A stretch of 64,000 nt of DNA, from NCBI GenBank assembly GCA_964367355.1, contig CAYIWY010000002.1, positions 7,296-71,295 of the forward strand. The letters run 5' to 3'. Each line of letters begins with the position of its first letter. The stretch's first letter is position 1. Made by a program: the position numbers and the translations under genes. Source of the stretch: an uncultured Gammaproteobacteria bacterium. Its GTDB lineage: Bacteria; Patescibacteriota; Microgenomatia; Woykebacterales; RBG-16-39-9b. This document shows, in pieces, positions 26,666 to 37,088 of the stretch. Below the pieces are notes generated by a model. The model saw only the letters and a program-made list of their open reading frames with translations, ran no database searches and had not been told where the DNA came from.

Positions 26666-27517
26666 ATGTCACAATCAGAACTCGATCCACGAAATCAAGA
26701 ATCAATTCAAGCTGCTTTGGAAGGAGCTTGGGAAAAAGCTGTCGAACTAAATATTCTCTTGTCTGAAGAATTCCCCGAAGACCTTGAAATCTTAAATCGC
26801 CTTGGCAAGGCCTACAGCGAACTCGGGCAAGTAAATAAAGCCAAAGCTACTTTTGAAAAAGTTTTGGAAAGCGATCCCTACAACCCAATCGCCACAAAGA
26901 ACCTTGAAAGACTTTCGACCTTACGCGGCTCGACGATCAAGCTTAAAGAACAAGCTACAAAACCACTTAATCCGGACATATTTATTGAAGAGCCAGGAAA
27001 AACAAAAACGATCTCTGTTACAGATTTGGCAATGCCAAAAGTATTGATCCACCTGCGGGTTGGAGACAGTGTGAAACTAAATACAACAAAAGATGCAACT
27101 GCCGTGATTTCAGAGGACAATCATCGCCTGGGAAAATTGGAACCGATTATTGGCCAGGATGTTTCACAAGCCTTTGCACTTGGAAGTGAGTTCTCAGCTA
27201 TAGTAAAAGCCATCAAAGTCGGAAAGGATGAAAAAAACTCTAGCTTGACAGTTTTCGTCCGTGAAACTAAACATAGTACTAAACTCGCCCACCCTGTTTT
27301 CACGTTTGAAAGTAATTTTACCCCTTTTGTTAGCGAAGAAACCATTTCTTATCTAAAGGATGAAGAACCTCTAAAAAGTGATGCTTCTGATGAAACCAGC
27401 GAAATTGAGGGCGAAGACATACCTTTAGATGATCATGGGGAACAAAATCACGAAGAAGAGACCAATCATCCGAAGATGGATCCAATTGAAGACGAAGAAG
27501 ATTTTTCCCCAAAATGA
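26666..27517 (+). CDS. TPR-repeat protein with acidic C-terminal tail
   Basis: N-terminal TPR-like helices (LGKAYSELGQVNKAKATFEKVLESDPYNPIA). The C-terminus is very D/E-rich. Confidence 0.55.
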   Translation: MSQSELDPRNQESIQAALEGAWEKAVELNILLSEEFPEDLEILNRLGKAYSELGQVNKAKATFEKVLESDPYNPIATKNLERLSTLRGSTIKLKEQATKPLNPDIFIEEPGKTKTISVTDLAMPKVLIHLRVGDSVKLNTTKDATAVISEDNHRLGKLEPIIGQDVSQAFALGSEFSAIVKAIKVGKDEKNSSLTVFVRETKHSTKLAHPVFTFESNFTPFVSEETISYLKDEEPLKSDASDETSEIEGEDIPLDDHGEQNHEEETNHPKMDPIEDEEDFSPK

Positions 27518-27563
27518 AACTCTTTGAGCTTCGTTTTACTTCGTAAAATAAATTCCCAAAAAT

Positions 27564-28520
27564 TTAAGTTAGTTCGTCCTCTTCCGGACTAATCTCAATC
27601 GGAGCGGGTTTTGCTACAGATGCAGGTTGAACCACAGGTTTGGCAACCTCTTCTACTTTCGGTTCTGGTTCAATCGTAATTGCTTTCAGAGGCTCTGGTT
27701 TTATAACAACGGTTTCTTTTGCGGGTGGTTTAACTTCTGGTTGTTTTTCTACTTTCGCAACGCGAATGGAGTCATCTACATTTGCGGAGCGAATGGGTTC
27801 TGATATTTTCGGTGCCGGTTTTGGCGCCTCAACTTTTGGAGCTACTTTTGGAGCTTCCATCTTTTTTTCCTCCACTTTTTTCTCTTCAACTTTTTTTGGC
27901 TCCTCTTTCTTTTCTGTTGGTGCTTCTGTAACTTTAGCTTCTTTGACAACTGCTTTTTCTACTTTCTTCTCAGCCTCTTCTAATACTGGCTGTGGTTTTT
28001 CACTATCGGCTTCAAAACTTTTTTCTACCTTACCCTTAACCGACTCGATTGCCCCATAGGGAACAGTTAAGTTGTTTGCCGGTAGATGCAAAGTCACCTC
28101 ATTTCCAACATCAGCGCCAAAATGAGCTACAGCTGATGGTAAAACTTTATAAGAACCCTCTGGAGTGACCACCTTCCATTTACCATCCTTCTTAGTTAAG
28201 ATTCCCGTTGTCTTATGACGCTTTACATGTTCGATTTGCTTAAAACGTTTTTCCTTGCCTTCGTCAACAAGTTTTAGGCTGTCGCCAACAACCAACATAC
28301 TTTTACTAGCATAGTTTGCTGGCACCGGAAAGGTCTGGCCGTTCTCAGAGGCCATATTTTCACCATCAAAAATTCCGGCAATACCAGGAAGCTCAACCGC
28401 TTTTGGTTTAGCGATTACCCCAGAATCCACAAGATCGTTTAATAATTGTTTGGCCAGCTTTATACTACTCTCGGCTGCCCCTAGTGCTTGTCTGATTAAC
28501 TCAAGATTACTTTGATTCAT
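27564..28520 (-). CDS. Hypothetical protein with K/P/E/V-rich repetitive C-terminal half
   Basis: AGGAGG SD. The N-terminal ~190 aa is globular, followed by (EKKVEE/APKV/KPEP)n low complexity. Downstream of the T4CP-like gene. Confidence 0.5.
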   Translation of the reverse strand: MNQSNLELIRQALGAAESSIKLAKQLLNDLVDSGVIAKPKAVELPGIAGIFDGENMASENGQTFPVPANYASKSMLVVGDSLKLVDEGKEKRFKQIEHVKRHKTTGILTKKDGKWKVVTPEGSYKVLPSAVAHFGADVGNEVTLHLPANNLTVPYGAIESVKGKVEKSFEADSEKPQPVLEEAEKKVEKAVVKEAKVTEAPTEKKEEPKKVEEKKVEEKKMEAPKVAPKVEAPKPAPKISEPIRSANVDDSIRVAKVEKQPEVKPPAKETVVIKPEPLKAITIEPEPKVEEVAKPVVQPASVAKPAPIEISPEEDELT

Positions 28521-28538
28521 TTGTTTTTTCCTCCTTTA

Positions 28539-28625
28539 ATTATATCGTTAAGAAACTCTAAATTGCTCCATTATATCGTTAGGAAACTCATAATTTCATA
28601 ATTAGACTCAGGTATAATTGCTCCA
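28539..28625. repeat. Direct repeats in the promoter region (TTATATCGTTARGAAACTC x2; ATTGCTCCATTATA x2)
   Basis: Copies at 28539-28557 and 28571-28589, and at 28561-28575 and 28611-28625. Confidence 0.5.
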
Positions 28626-28631
28626 TTATAA

Positions 28632-31604
28632 TTACTTAAGATCATTTTGGGTTGGTGGAAAGCGAAATATTTCCACTTCTCCGGATGACTGCCCATCTTG
28701 CTCGACTTTAGGACTTTGATTTTGCGCTGTTGACTGGGAATTCTGATCCCCTACTTCGTTTACTCTCGGTTGATTTTGCAGCTGTGGCAAATCTTGATTT
28801 ATTTGTGTCATATTTGATTCCAAATCCTTCAAAAATTGGTTTGAATCAACTTCCTCTGAAAAAACTGGTTTTTCTGGTAAACCTTCTACTGTCTCTGGTT
28901 TTGAAATAACTTGTTGCGGTGATACCTGTTGTACAGGGTTAACTGGTTGCTCAATATTTTGCTTTTGCAGTCCCTGAGACAGCGGTAAAGTGGTTTCTTC
29001 AGGCTGACTTACCACTTCTGCAAGTAGATCAGCTAATGGTGAGTCCTCGGGGCTAATAGGGGTTGATTGAACAACAATCGCTGGTTGAGATCCTTCAATT
29101 GGTTGTTGGGCATCTATTACAGCCGCTGAAACAGCTGCTTGTGCAGCAGCTTTGGCCTCATCGATTGCCCATTGTGGCGGCAACGGTGGTTGACCAAGAC
29201 GGAATTTTGTTTCGGTCCATTTTTTTATTAATTTTTCGATTTTTTCCAGCTCTCGAGAGTATTTTTGACGAGAAAGTGAAATTGCTCGTTGAGAAAGATT
29301 TGTCGGATCCTTATAAGGTGCTAAGGAAATGGCTGAAAATGGTTGTGAAGACATATCGTCGATTTGTAGTTTTATATACATTTCAAACCTACCTAAATTA
29401 ATAAAATCATTTTCCAAAAATGTTGGTGAGTATTCTCTCTCCAAAAAGTGGGCATCCTGATTGCCAACCGCAAAACTTATCATCGTCCCAACGTTACCGA
29501 AAATTGCATCCCTGACAGCTTCCGGCATTTGTTCAATATATTGGTGCGTAACAATTAAATCGAGTCGGTATTTCCTCGCTTCAGAAAGAATCACCGCAAA
29601 AGAATCGGTGGCAAAGTTTTGAAACTCGTCAGCGTAAAGGAAAAAGTCGCTGCGTTGCTCTTCAGGAATATCAACCCGCCGCATAGCGGCAAATTGAAGT
29701 TGAGAAACAATCATCGCTCCAAGCAAAGAGGTGTTGTTGGCGCCGATACGACCGGAAGCAAGGTTAACAAAGAAAATCTTTTTCTGATTAATAATCTCAT
29801 CAATTTTAATACTTGATTTCGGCTGACCAACAATATTTCTGATTAATTCACTATTCAAAAATTGACCGACTTTATTTTGAATTGGGGCAATTGCTTCGGT
29901 AATCAAACGATCATTAGTTTCCATCTTGGCAAACTCTTCATTCCAATATTTTTTCATTTGCGGATCGGAAATTAAATTAACAATGTATTTTCGATAGTCA
30001 CGATCAACTAGCATACGAATAACTGAAAGTAAGGAGGTGTTGGGAACTTCAAGCAGTGTCAGAATACAATTTTTTAAAATATACTCAAGTCTTGGTCCCC
30101 AGCTCTCGGCGAAATATTTTTTGAAAACATCGACCAGAGTATCACCGATCAAAGTCCGTTGTCTTGGATCGACTAGCTCTAACATATTTAAAGCAACTGG
30201 GTATTGTGCGTCGGCCGGGTTGAAGATAACAACATCATCAAGTCGGTTTTCCGGCACAAACTCCAAAAGTTCATCGATCAACTGACCGTGCGGGTCAAGA
30301 ACAGCAACACCCTCACCGTTGCGCATATCCTGAATTATCATATTACTTATCAAAGTTGATTTCCCGACTCCAGTTTTACCGATCATATACATATGCTTGC
30401 GTCGATCCGGTCTCTTAATACCAAATTTAATTTCTTGATCACGGAAATAAGTTTTACCCATATAAGTGACGTTTTCTGTTGGTAAGTTAAGTGGTGGTTC
30501 GCTCTTTTTGGAGCGAGTCCAGGCAATGGTTGGGGTTTCGACTGACATATTCGGCAAATGGAAAATTGAGGCAAGCTCTTCGATATCCAATATGTAGTCC
30601 CCTGCTTCACCCTCAGGAAAGAGTCGGCTCTGGTAACTTTTTAACAAAGTAGCTGTTGTCGGACTATCAGGATCTTCCTCAAAACTGTTTAAAGAAGCAG
30701 TTGAGAATTGTTTGAAAGAAGCAACGGCGCTAGCCAAGCGCTGTTGTGCAGCTTCAGCAGAGTTACCAATAGAAATTACTCTTATTTTTGTCTCAAAACC
30801 TATCTTCGAAAGTTTATTCTCGATCATTTTCAAATCGAGTTCTTTTCCGGCAGAAAGTTTTGGCAGCTGTGGGGGTCCTACTCTGGGTGCTACAACCTCA
30901 GCAGGTCCGCGGGCAATATAAGGAAAAATATTTCCACCCACCGACATGATGTGTTTTCCAACATCAATCATAATTTGTGAGGCATTCAATGTAACCGGCT
31001 CTTGACCCTCACGGACCATCTGAACATACTCGTGACCACGTTCTTGCCAAAAATCATCTACCGGGCGCACCAAAATCTGAGCCCAAAGCTGCTCGCCATT
31101 ACGGACGCTACTTAAGGCACTAGTAACCGCTGCCAGTGGATCGACCTCAAAATCCCGAAAAGTTTTGATCGGAAGAATAAAATCTTTTGACAAAACTATT
31201 TCCGTACCGCTAACAACTGCTGAGGCACCAACACTTTTTGAATAATCGACTGCTTCACGAATTTCCGCAGTCGGATACTGCGCATAAATTTGACTTTCAA
31301 CGAAACTTTTGAATTGTCTAGGGGTAAAAACGTAAAAGCCGAGCCCTTCAGCTGAGCTGGCCATTTCCAGTGAGACATGCTCTTGAATTCCGGGGGTAAA
31401 CTTCAGTAAACCATGAAGCGAGGCAAACATTTGCTCGGCCGCGATCGGAAGTTTTTCGTTTTCACGCGGCAAACGAATGGAAAGTAGAACTCCCTCTTTG
31501 ATATCTGATTTTTTCGACTTGCCGGCTTCCTGCTGCAATGCGCTTCTATAAGCAAAAAAGAAGGCTACAAGAACGATTATTCCTAAAATTATGATTAAAG
31601 GCAT
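28632..31604 (-). CDS. Type IV coupling-protein-like ATPase (VirD4/TraG/TraD family), 990 aa, with N-terminal TM and Q/P-rich C-terminal tail
   Basis: N-terminal TM helix. Walker A MIGKTGVGKST. DPHGQ. Walker B FFLYADEFQNF (the DEF pattern typical of TraG/VirD4). The C-terminal ~200 aa is Q/P/S-rich low complexity. Confidence 0.7.
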   Translation of the reverse strand: MPLIIILGIIVLVAFFFAYRSALQQEAGKSKKSDIKEGVLLSIRLPRENEKLPIAAEQMFASLHGLLKFTPGIQEHVSLEMASSAEGLGFYVFTPRQFKSFVESQIYAQYPTAEIREAVDYSKSVGASAVVSGTEIVLSKDFILPIKTFRDFEVDPLAAVTSALSSVRNGEQLWAQILVRPVDDFWQERGHEYVQMVREGQEPVTLNASQIMIDVGKHIMSVGGNIFPYIARGPAEVVAPRVGPPQLPKLSAGKELDLKMIENKLSKIGFETKIRVISIGNSAEAAQQRLASAVASFKQFSTASLNSFEEDPDSPTTATLLKSYQSRLFPEGEAGDYILDIEELASIFHLPNMSVETPTIAWTRSKKSEPPLNLPTENVTYMGKTYFRDQEIKFGIKRPDRRKHMYMIGKTGVGKSTLISNMIIQDMRNGEGVAVLDPHGQLIDELLEFVPENRLDDVVIFNPADAQYPVALNMLELVDPRQRTLIGDTLVDVFKKYFAESWGPRLEYILKNCILTLLEVPNTSLLSVIRMLVDRDYRKYIVNLISDPQMKKYWNEEFAKMETNDRLITEAIAPIQNKVGQFLNSELIRNIVGQPKSSIKIDEIINQKKIFFVNLASGRIGANNTSLLGAMIVSQLQFAAMRRVDIPEEQRSDFFLYADEFQNFATDSFAVILSEARKYRLDLIVTHQYIEQMPEAVRDAIFGNVGTMISFAVGNQDAHFLEREYSPTFLENDFINLGRFEMYIKLQIDDMSSQPFSAISLAPYKDPTNLSQRAISLSRQKYSRELEKIEKLIKKWTETKFRLGQPPLPPQWAIDEAKAAAQAAVSAAVIDAQQPIEGSQPAIVVQSTPISPEDSPLADLLAEVVSQPEETTLPLSQGLQKQNIEQPVNPVQQVSPQQVISKPETVEGLPEKPVFSEEVDSNQFLKDLESNMTQINQDLPQLQNQPRVNEVGDQNSQSTAQNQSPKVEQDGQSSGEVEIFRFPPTQNDLK

Positions 31605-31800
31605 TTTTCCTCTCTTTTCTCCTCTCTAACTTAACTGGAGTTTACTCTTTTTTAGCTTTAAAGTCAATAAAAACGACAAAACTCCCCCGTAGGAGAGCTT
31701 TGTCTGAAGAAAGGACTAATTTTGGCCCTTTCTTCGGAAGAAAGGAGAGAGATCGTGAAAATAATAGCACCTTTTCTGCTAAAAGTCAAGATCATACTCT

Positions 31801-32892
31801 TTAAAAATCGAAAACCGAGGCAAAATCATTACCAATTTTTACTTTTATATCGCCTTCAATCGAATCCTTGTTACTTATTTTTTCCATTCTTACTCCAAGT
31901 ATTGTTTCTAAACGCTTAGCCAACAAATTATTTTTATCTTTAACTAGTATTCTACTTTTTTCTAATTCTTCAGCTTTAGAGACATTAAGCACGTTTCCTC
32001 CGAGGTTTGTGACAACAGCTTTCAGAATACTCCCTACACCTGGCACACTACTAGAATTCTCAATCTGAACGGCAGCTTCTTCCTTAGAAATACTGTTATC
32101 GCTCAAAAACAACCCAAGCTTATTTGCAGAGGATTGAGAATCAAAAATACCTTGACTATCAATACTCCTTGTCAAATCAATCAGACTAACCCTCTCGGGA
32201 GTCAAATTCTTACTAAACCAAATTAAACTATTGGCTTTATCCAATGTAATATTAGTTTTCATTTTTCTATCAAGATAATCTTTACTGTTACCCAATTTCC
32301 AGAAAAATCCCGGTGAATAAAAACTGTCAATTAATTCTTCCAAAACAGCCTTATTGATCCAATTTATTTTGTCATTAACTACAATGTAACCATCAAAAAA
32401 ATATCCGAGCGTTAGCATCAAAGACGCCTCTAGTCTATCAATATTTAAATTCCCATTCGTGAACGCCCGCTCAGAAAAAGATTTTGACAGCGTTAAAGTG
32501 TCAATTTTTGCTTGGGGGTTAATCTTAACTAATTTCACTTTTCTATCCCCTTTCTCCAAACTCAGAAAACCTAGTTCTGTCACTTTTTTATCGACCTGCG
32601 TAACAAGTAGTATATTTGTTCTTTGTTCTATATTTATCTCTCCTCGACTTGCAAATTTACTTTGTATAAAATGGAAGGGTTTTTGAATCTTACCAATAAG
32701 ACTTGGGACTTGAACAATAAGAGTCAGTGAAACTACTACAAGAAAAAATAATACCAAAACTCGAAAAAATTGACCAGATTTTTTCTTGGATCTTTCTTCG
32801 GCTAACTTTTTGCTTTGACTAGAAACTTGTTGATCGTAAAATCGATTTTTTGTCTGGTTCTTTAACATAGAATTAAATATTAGCACAAACAC
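31801..32892 (-). CDS. Membrane-anchored extracytoplasmic protein, weak LytR-CpsA-Psr (LCP)-like features
   Basis: A single N-terminal TM (FFRVLVLFFLVVVSLTLIV), then a soluble domain. The RTNILLVTQVD segment resembles the LCP core motif. Tentative. Confidence 0.4.
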   Translation of the reverse strand: MFVLIFNSMLKNQTKNRFYDQQVSSQSKKLAEERSKKKSGQFFRVLVLFFLVVVSLTLIVQVPSLIGKIQKPFHFIQSKFASRGEINIEQRTNILLVTQVDKKVTELGFLSLEKGDRKVKLVKINPQAKIDTLTLSKSFSERAFTNGNLNIDRLEASLMLTLGYFFDGYIVVNDKINWINKAVLEELIDSFYSPGFFWKLGNSKDYLDRKMKTNITLDKANSLIWFSKNLTPERVSLIDLTRSIDSQGIFDSQSSANKLGLFLSDNSISKEEAAVQIENSSSVPGVGSILKAVVTNLGGNVLNVSKAEELEKSRILVKDKNNLLAKRLETILGVRMEKISNKDSIEGDIKVKIGNDFASVFDF

Positions 32893-32941
32893 TTACGCTT
32901 GTTTTCTTGACACTTTAGCACTAATTGAATAACATTTAGTT

Positions 32942-33652
32942 ATGGATTCCCAACCAATTCAAAATACCGCGTCCTCCCCTTCAGGAGAACTTAAGCGATC
33001 AAACTTAAAGTCACCAAAAGCTTCGTTAATCGACCAAATTCAAAAATTAAGCCTGCTTACAAAAATAATTTCGGCTGCAGCAGTTTTTTTACTTTTGACA
33101 TTTCTGGTTTTGTTAGTACTGTTCTTAACAAACAATCAAAGGGAGCAATCTAAATCTGTTTCAACTACCAAAGTAGATGCTGTTGAAAAAGAACGGAATA
33201 GACAAAACGTAGCCAGTCAAACTGCCCTAGAGCAGCTGGAGCCGATAAATCAGCTGGAAAAGGCCTATGACGATTCTGTGGGCTCAGACAGCTCAAAAAG
33301 GAGCTTGGGTATCGATGCTGATGGAAACGCAATTATCGAATATGAGATTTCCTCAAAAGATGGGCAACTTATTTTGAAAACTTCTTATGAAAATTTTGCT
33401 GACCTGGCAAAGCGAGTCTTTAATATTCCGACAATAAAAAGACTAAATGTAACAACTTACGCCAATAAATTCACTGACCTCTTCGGTAAACCAAATGTTT
33501 TTGCGCTTAAACTCCAACTAACCAAAGAAACCAATTCCAAAATCAACTGGTCAATCAAGAAATATTCCTATGCTAATTACGCGACTATTCTCGATCTTCA
33601 CGAAATAAATCCTGATTTAACTAAAGACTATAAAGCCTTAACAAAAAAGTAA
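32942..33652 (+). CDS. Membrane-anchored hypothetical protein
   Basis: N-terminal TM (AAAVFLLLTFLVLLVLFL), then a 170-aa extracytoplasmic domain. Confidence 0.45.
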   Translation: MDSQPIQNTASSPSGELKRSNLKSPKASLIDQIQKLSLLTKIISAAAVFLLLTFLVLLVLFLTNNQREQSKSVSTTKVDAVEKERNRQNVASQTALEQLEPINQLEKAYDDSVGSDSSKRSLGIDADGNAIIEYEISSKDGQLILKTSYENFADLAKRVFNIPTIKRLNVTTYANKFTDLFGKPNVFALKLQLTKETNSKINWSIKKYSYANYATILDLHEINPDLTKDYKALTKK

Positions 33653-35335
33653 CTAAGCAATTTTTGTTCGTAATTCTTCCAAATGTTCTTGCTTAACCTC
33701 CCCGGCTTTGATCTCAGCTAGTTTCTGCGGACCAAGAAGATGGGCTACCTGGTGACCAGATAGTATCCTGGGCACTACGACATAATCAGCTCCCATTTTA
33801 TAGAAAGCGACAGCCCACTCTCGTTCAGCCGCGGTAACGAAAACAATCGGTTTTGAACTTAATTCTTTCACACAAGACAGAAGTTCTTCAGTGTCATCGA
33901 AATCAAAAACCGTTGAAATAACTAAACTAGCCTTATCAATTTTAGCTTCTTCCCAAATATCAGGATCGGTAATGTCCCCAAAAAGGTAACTAACATTAGC
34001 CTCCTTCAAAAAATTGACAATTGTCGGATTGAAATCAACCACTAAGATTTGTTTTCCTTGCTTGCGTAGTTGTTTTAAAATTTCGCCTCCGAGACGACCA
34101 CAACCAATCAAAACTACATGATCATCCAACTCCAAACCAGTATTTAACTCAATACTGGAGTCTTTAAGCTCAAAAACTTTTAAGTGTTTCTCTAATTTTC
34201 GATAGACCTTGGTCGCAAAAACCAAAATATAAGACGAAACAGCAATTGTGATAATCGCCGATAGAGTCACAACTGCAACCACAGAATTAGTTACAACTTT
34301 CCCCTCAAGGGCTAGCAAAATTAAGACAAAAGAAAATTCAGAGACCTGAGCTAAGGAAACACCAGTCATAAAACCAGTCCGACGTTTGAATCCCAATCTG
34401 CCTAATGTAATAATAACGATAAGTGGTTTGATCAATAAAACAAACAAGCTTAGTAATATAGCTTGCCAAAGAATTACAAAACTAAAATCGACAACAATCC
34501 GACTTCCCAGAAAAATGAAAAAGAGTACTAGAAAAAAATCCCGCAGTGGCTTTATTCGCGCCGCAATCTGATGTTCTTGTTTCAAAGAAGCTAGGCCAAG
34601 TCCAGCAATAAAAGCACCAATTTCCAGTGAAAAATGAAAAAATCCAAAAGCCGAAATAACAATAAATAGCCAAGCTAAACCAGACAGAAAAAGCAACTCC
34701 ATATTACGAGCGAGCCTTTCAAAAAGATACGGTAGGACTTTCTGATTTAGAAAATATATCACCCCGAGCAGAACTGTCCCGCTAACGATGGTTAGTAAAA
34801 TCGTTGAAATACTTAAACTACTAGTGTCTGTGCTAAGACTGGAAAATAAGATAAGAAAGAATATTGCCACTAAATCTTGAAGCAGGAGGATCGCGATTGA
34901 AAGTTTCCCATATAGGGAGTCGTAGTCCCGCTTTTCATTTAAAATTTTGACAACTATGACTGTGCTGGAAAAAGTTAAAGCTAACCCAATATAAATCGAC
35001 GCAATTGGGGTAAAACCTAGAAGCAAAGAGAAGAGAAATGCGAGAATGCTCGTGGCAGCAATCTGTATAACTCCGGTTGTCAGTGCCTGACGACCAAATT
35101 GCCGCAGTTCAGAAGTACTAATTTCTAACCCAACCAGAAACAAAAGAAAACTCAAGCCCAAATCCCGAAATAATTCAAGTTGATTACTAGTATCACTATT
35201 GAGAAGAAATGGTCCGACAATAATTCCCGCTAAGATATACGCGAGTATTAACGGAAGACGAAAAAACGACGACCAGGCACCTAAAAAGGCAGCCAAAGCA
35301 ATTATCAACCCAATCGCCAAAAAGGCAGTAGACAT
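33653..35335 (-). CDS. Monovalent cation:proton antiporter (Kef-type, CPA2) with C-terminal RCK/TrkA-N domain
   Basis: About 12 TM helices. C-terminal VVLIGCGRLGGEILKQL… (Rossmann GxGxxG of the RCK domain). Confidence 0.85.
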   Translation of the reverse strand: MSTAFLAIGLIIALAAFLGAWSSFFRLPLILAYILAGIIVGPFLLNSDTSNQLELFRDLGLSFLLFLVGLEISTSELRQFGRQALTTGVIQIAATSILAFLFSLLLGFTPIASIYIGLALTFSSTVIVVKILNEKRDYDSLYGKLSIAILLLQDLVAIFFLILFSSLSTDTSSLSISTILLTIVSGTVLLGVIYFLNQKVLPYLFERLARNMELLFLSGLAWLFIVISAFGFFHFSLEIGAFIAGLGLASLKQEHQIAARIKPLRDFFLVLFFIFLGSRIVVDFSFVILWQAILLSLFVLLIKPLIVIITLGRLGFKRRTGFMTGVSLAQVSEFSFVLILLALEGKVVTNSVVAVVTLSAIITIAVSSYILVFATKVYRKLEKHLKVFELKDSSIELNTGLELDDHVVLIGCGRLGGEILKQLRKQGKQILVVDFNPTIVNFLKEANVSYLFGDITDPDIWEEAKIDKASLVISTVFDFDDTEELLSCVKELSSKPIVFVTAAEREWAVAFYKMGADYVVVPRILSGHQVAHLLGPQKLAEIKAGEVKQEHLEELRTKIA

Positions 35336-35373
35336 ATAGATTAATTATATAGTTAGAAAGCGAAAAATCAAAA

Positions 35374-36261
35374 TTAAATTCTTAATTTTTTTAAGCAACT
35401 TTCCAAATCAGAAGGCAGTGTGGATTCAAACTTCATTCTTTTTCCACTTGTCGGATGTGTTAATTCCAGTTTTGCAGCGTGTAAAAACTGCCGACCGAGG
35501 AGCATCTTACCACCATATAATTTATCCCCAACCACCGGATGACCAATGTGCGAGAGATGGACTCGTATTTGATGGGTACGACCAGTGAGAGGTTTTAACT
35601 CAAGAAGAGTAAATTTGTCAAAACGCTCTAGTACCTTATACTTGGTTGTCGCTTCTCGTCCGCCCTTCGAAACAGTAAATTTTGACCGAAATTTTGGATG
35701 ACGGTCAATTTTTTCCTTAATTACCCCAACTTCCTTCTCTACTCTACCCGTAACTAAAGAAATATAGGTTTTTGAAACCTCTCGATCCTTAAATTGCTTT
35801 TTCAAATTCTCCAAAGCAGTTTGCGTTTTCGCCACAACCACAACCCCTGATGTATTTTTATCAAGTCGATGAACTATCCCTGGCCTTAAATCGTCGGATT
35901 TAAGATCTTTAAGATGATTTAAGATTGCATTCACCAAGGTTCCGGACGGATGGTCTAAAGTCGGATGTGTAACTAAATTCGGTGGTTTATCAACCACAAG
36001 CAACTCCTGATCCTCGTAAATAATTGTTAAAGGTATTTTTTCTGGTTTTAAGGAAACTTCTTTGGCAGCAGGAATTTCAACTTTTATCGTATCCCCCTTT
36101 CGAACTTTGTAAGCTGGATCGGAAACTTGGCCATCGACAAGAATGTAACCTTCTTTTATCAATTTTTTTGCCGCGGAACGTGAAAGATTCTTGACCAGGT
36201 CAGCAACGAATTGATCGAGACGATCTTTTTGAGGTTTAACAGTTACTTTTAGAACCTGCAT
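35374..36261 (-). CDS. rluD: RluA-family 23S rRNA pseudouridine synthase (RluD-like) with N-terminal S4 domain
   Basis: The catalytic motif HRLDKNTSGVVVVAKT. N-terminal S4-like region (LDQFVADLV…SRSAAKKLIKEG). Confidence 0.85.
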   Translation of the reverse strand: MQVLKVTVKPQKDRLDQFVADLVKNLSRSAAKKLIKEGYILVDGQVSDPAYKVRKGDTIKVEIPAAKEVSLKPEKIPLTIIYEDQELLVVDKPPNLVTHPTLDHPSGTLVNAILNHLKDLKSDDLRPGIVHRLDKNTSGVVVVAKTQTALENLKKQFKDREVSKTYISLVTGRVEKEVGVIKEKIDRHPKFRSKFTVSKGGREATTKYKVLERFDKFTLLELKPLTGRTHQIRVHLSHIGHPVVGDKLYGGKMLLGRQFLHAAKLELTHPTSGKRMKFESTLPSDLESCLKKLRI

Positions 36262-36653
36262 TAAGTTGGGGTGGACAGGGAACTTTTGTTCAAAAAAACT
36301 TTAACTTCGGACAAAACTTGGTCTGGGTTCATTGCGGATTTTATTAAATAACCCGAAGCCCCCAAGGCAAAACCTTCTTTGATTATCGAATCTTGTCCCA
36401 AATTGGTTAATAAAACTGTTGGTCCATTCTTTAGTTTTGGTGATTTGTCTTTGACATGACGCAAAATTTCCAAGCCATCCATTTTTGGTAACATTATATC
36501 AAGTAATACCAGATCAAACCCGCCTTCAGAGATATGATTCAAACCCTCCTCTCCATCAACTGCCAAAGTTACATCGTAACCTTCTCCCTTAAGAAGTTCA
36601 TCATAAAGCTCTCTGAGAAATTCATCATCTTCGACTACAATTATTTTAGACAT
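36261..36653 (-). CDS. Stand-alone response-regulator receiver domain (CheY-like)
   Basis: IIVVEDDE…, DLVLLDIMLP (phospho-acceptor Asp) and …K… . 130 aa. TAATG overlap with rluD. Confidence 0.8.
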   Translation of the reverse strand: MSKIIVVEDDEFLRELYDELLKGEGYDVTLAVDGEEGLNHISEGGFDLVLLDIMLPKMDGLEILRHVKDKSPKLKNGPTVLLTNLGQDSIIKEGFALGASGYLIKSAMNPDQVLSEVKVFLNKSSLSTPT

Positions 36654-36727
36654 TTTAACAAAACCCTCTTTTTTTAATTCCTAATTCCATTATGCTCTTT
36701 TTTTTGCATAACGAATTCCTAATTCCA

Positions 36728-37069
36728 TTATGCCCCTTTTTTCTTAGCTTGGCAACTTGTACAAAATGAAGCAGTCGGCATCGCATTAAGTCGCTCTTCA
36801 CTGATCTTTTGAGTACAATTTAAACAAACTCCAAAAGTATTGTTTTCAATTCTTTTTAAGGCCGCTTGCGTGTCTTTCAAGGATATTTCCAGTTCAAACC
36901 TTGTCGCAGCAATACGATCGTGCCCCTCTATTTCGGTTATAGAATCATCAAATGTTTGAGACGAACGATTTTTATCCAGATAAGGATCTTCTTGCTTGTA
37001 AAAGCTAATTTCTTTGACCAACTTTTCTAATTCCTCTTCAAGTAATTTTTTGTAAAAAGTCAAATCCAT
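36728..37069 (-). CDS. DksA/TraR-family C4 zinc-finger protein
   Basis: C-terminal CLNCTQKI…CTSCQ with an upstream coiled-coil region. Confidence 0.75.
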   Translation of the reverse strand: MDLTFYKKLLEEELEKLVKEISFYKQEDPYLDKNRSSQTFDDSITEIEGHDRIAATRFELEISLKDTQAALKRIENNTFGVCLNCTQKISEERLNAMPTASFCTSCQAKKKGA

Positions 37070-37088
37070 ACTTCCCTTCTCTCTAAAT

